A program made the translations under genes and the position numbers. This document shows positions 63,877 to 64,000 of a stretch of 64,000 nucleotides of DNA, one piece after another. The stretch is from Octopus sinensis (Eukaryota). The stretch lies in NCBI RefSeq assembly GCF_006345805.1, contig NC_043010.1:59768001-59832000 (forward strand). The letters run 5' to 3'. Within the stretch, counting starts at the first letter, position 1. Each line of letters opens with the position of its first letter. A model generated the notes under the pieces. The model made no database searches. It had not been told where the DNA came from and saw nothing but the letters and a program-made list of their open reading frames with translations.

Positions 63877-64000
63877 ATCAGACATGTTGGTGTTATATGG
63901 ACTTCTTATGGCTGACTGTTAGTGGAGCTGATATTGTTTGTTCTCTTTCTTTCTTTCCCTCTTCTCTTTGAGGGAAACACAGCATCTTGTGTGTGTGAGG
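63875..64000 (+). promoter_or_regulatory. Upstream blocks A+B of the next unit U8 (cut by the window edge)
   Basis: Near-identical to 56217-56340, showing the array continues. Confidence 0.65.

Overview
AT-rich, microsatellite- and SINE-laden animal DNA. It is probably Octopus or a related coleoid cephalopod; this is inferred from the repeat types and the tandem protocadherin expansion known in this group. The window holds a head-to-tail, all plus-strand array of protocadherin (PCDH) genes: seven complete units (U1-U7), the last exon of an upstream unit (U0) and the promoter of a downstream unit (U8). Each unit has the same layout: two conserved upstream blocks; a near-invariant ~177-nt non-coding leader exon with a 15-codon uORF; a ~2.4-kb exon encoding signal peptide, six cadherin repeats, TM helix and proximal tail; a ~151-nt tail exon; and a ~120-nt terminal exon. 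The most striking pattern is the split inside the big exon. EC1-EC3 are strongly divergent between paralogs, while EC4-EC6, TM and juxtamembrane (~1.3 kb) are about 98-99% identical at DNA level by eye, synonymous sites included. The switch falls on a degenerate Ca2+-binding EC3-EC4 linker. The tails conserve a Src-type SH2 ligand (YEEI) and a class I SH3 ligand (RxLPxxP). U5 and U6 show frameshifts that look like uncorrected long-read errors. Introns carry SINEs, CR1 and RTE LINE ends, a duplicated Tc1/mariner fossil, a Penelope-like inverted repeat with a hammerhead-like motif, and two long fold-back hairpins. Splice sites, exon joins and identities were read by eye and are predictions.
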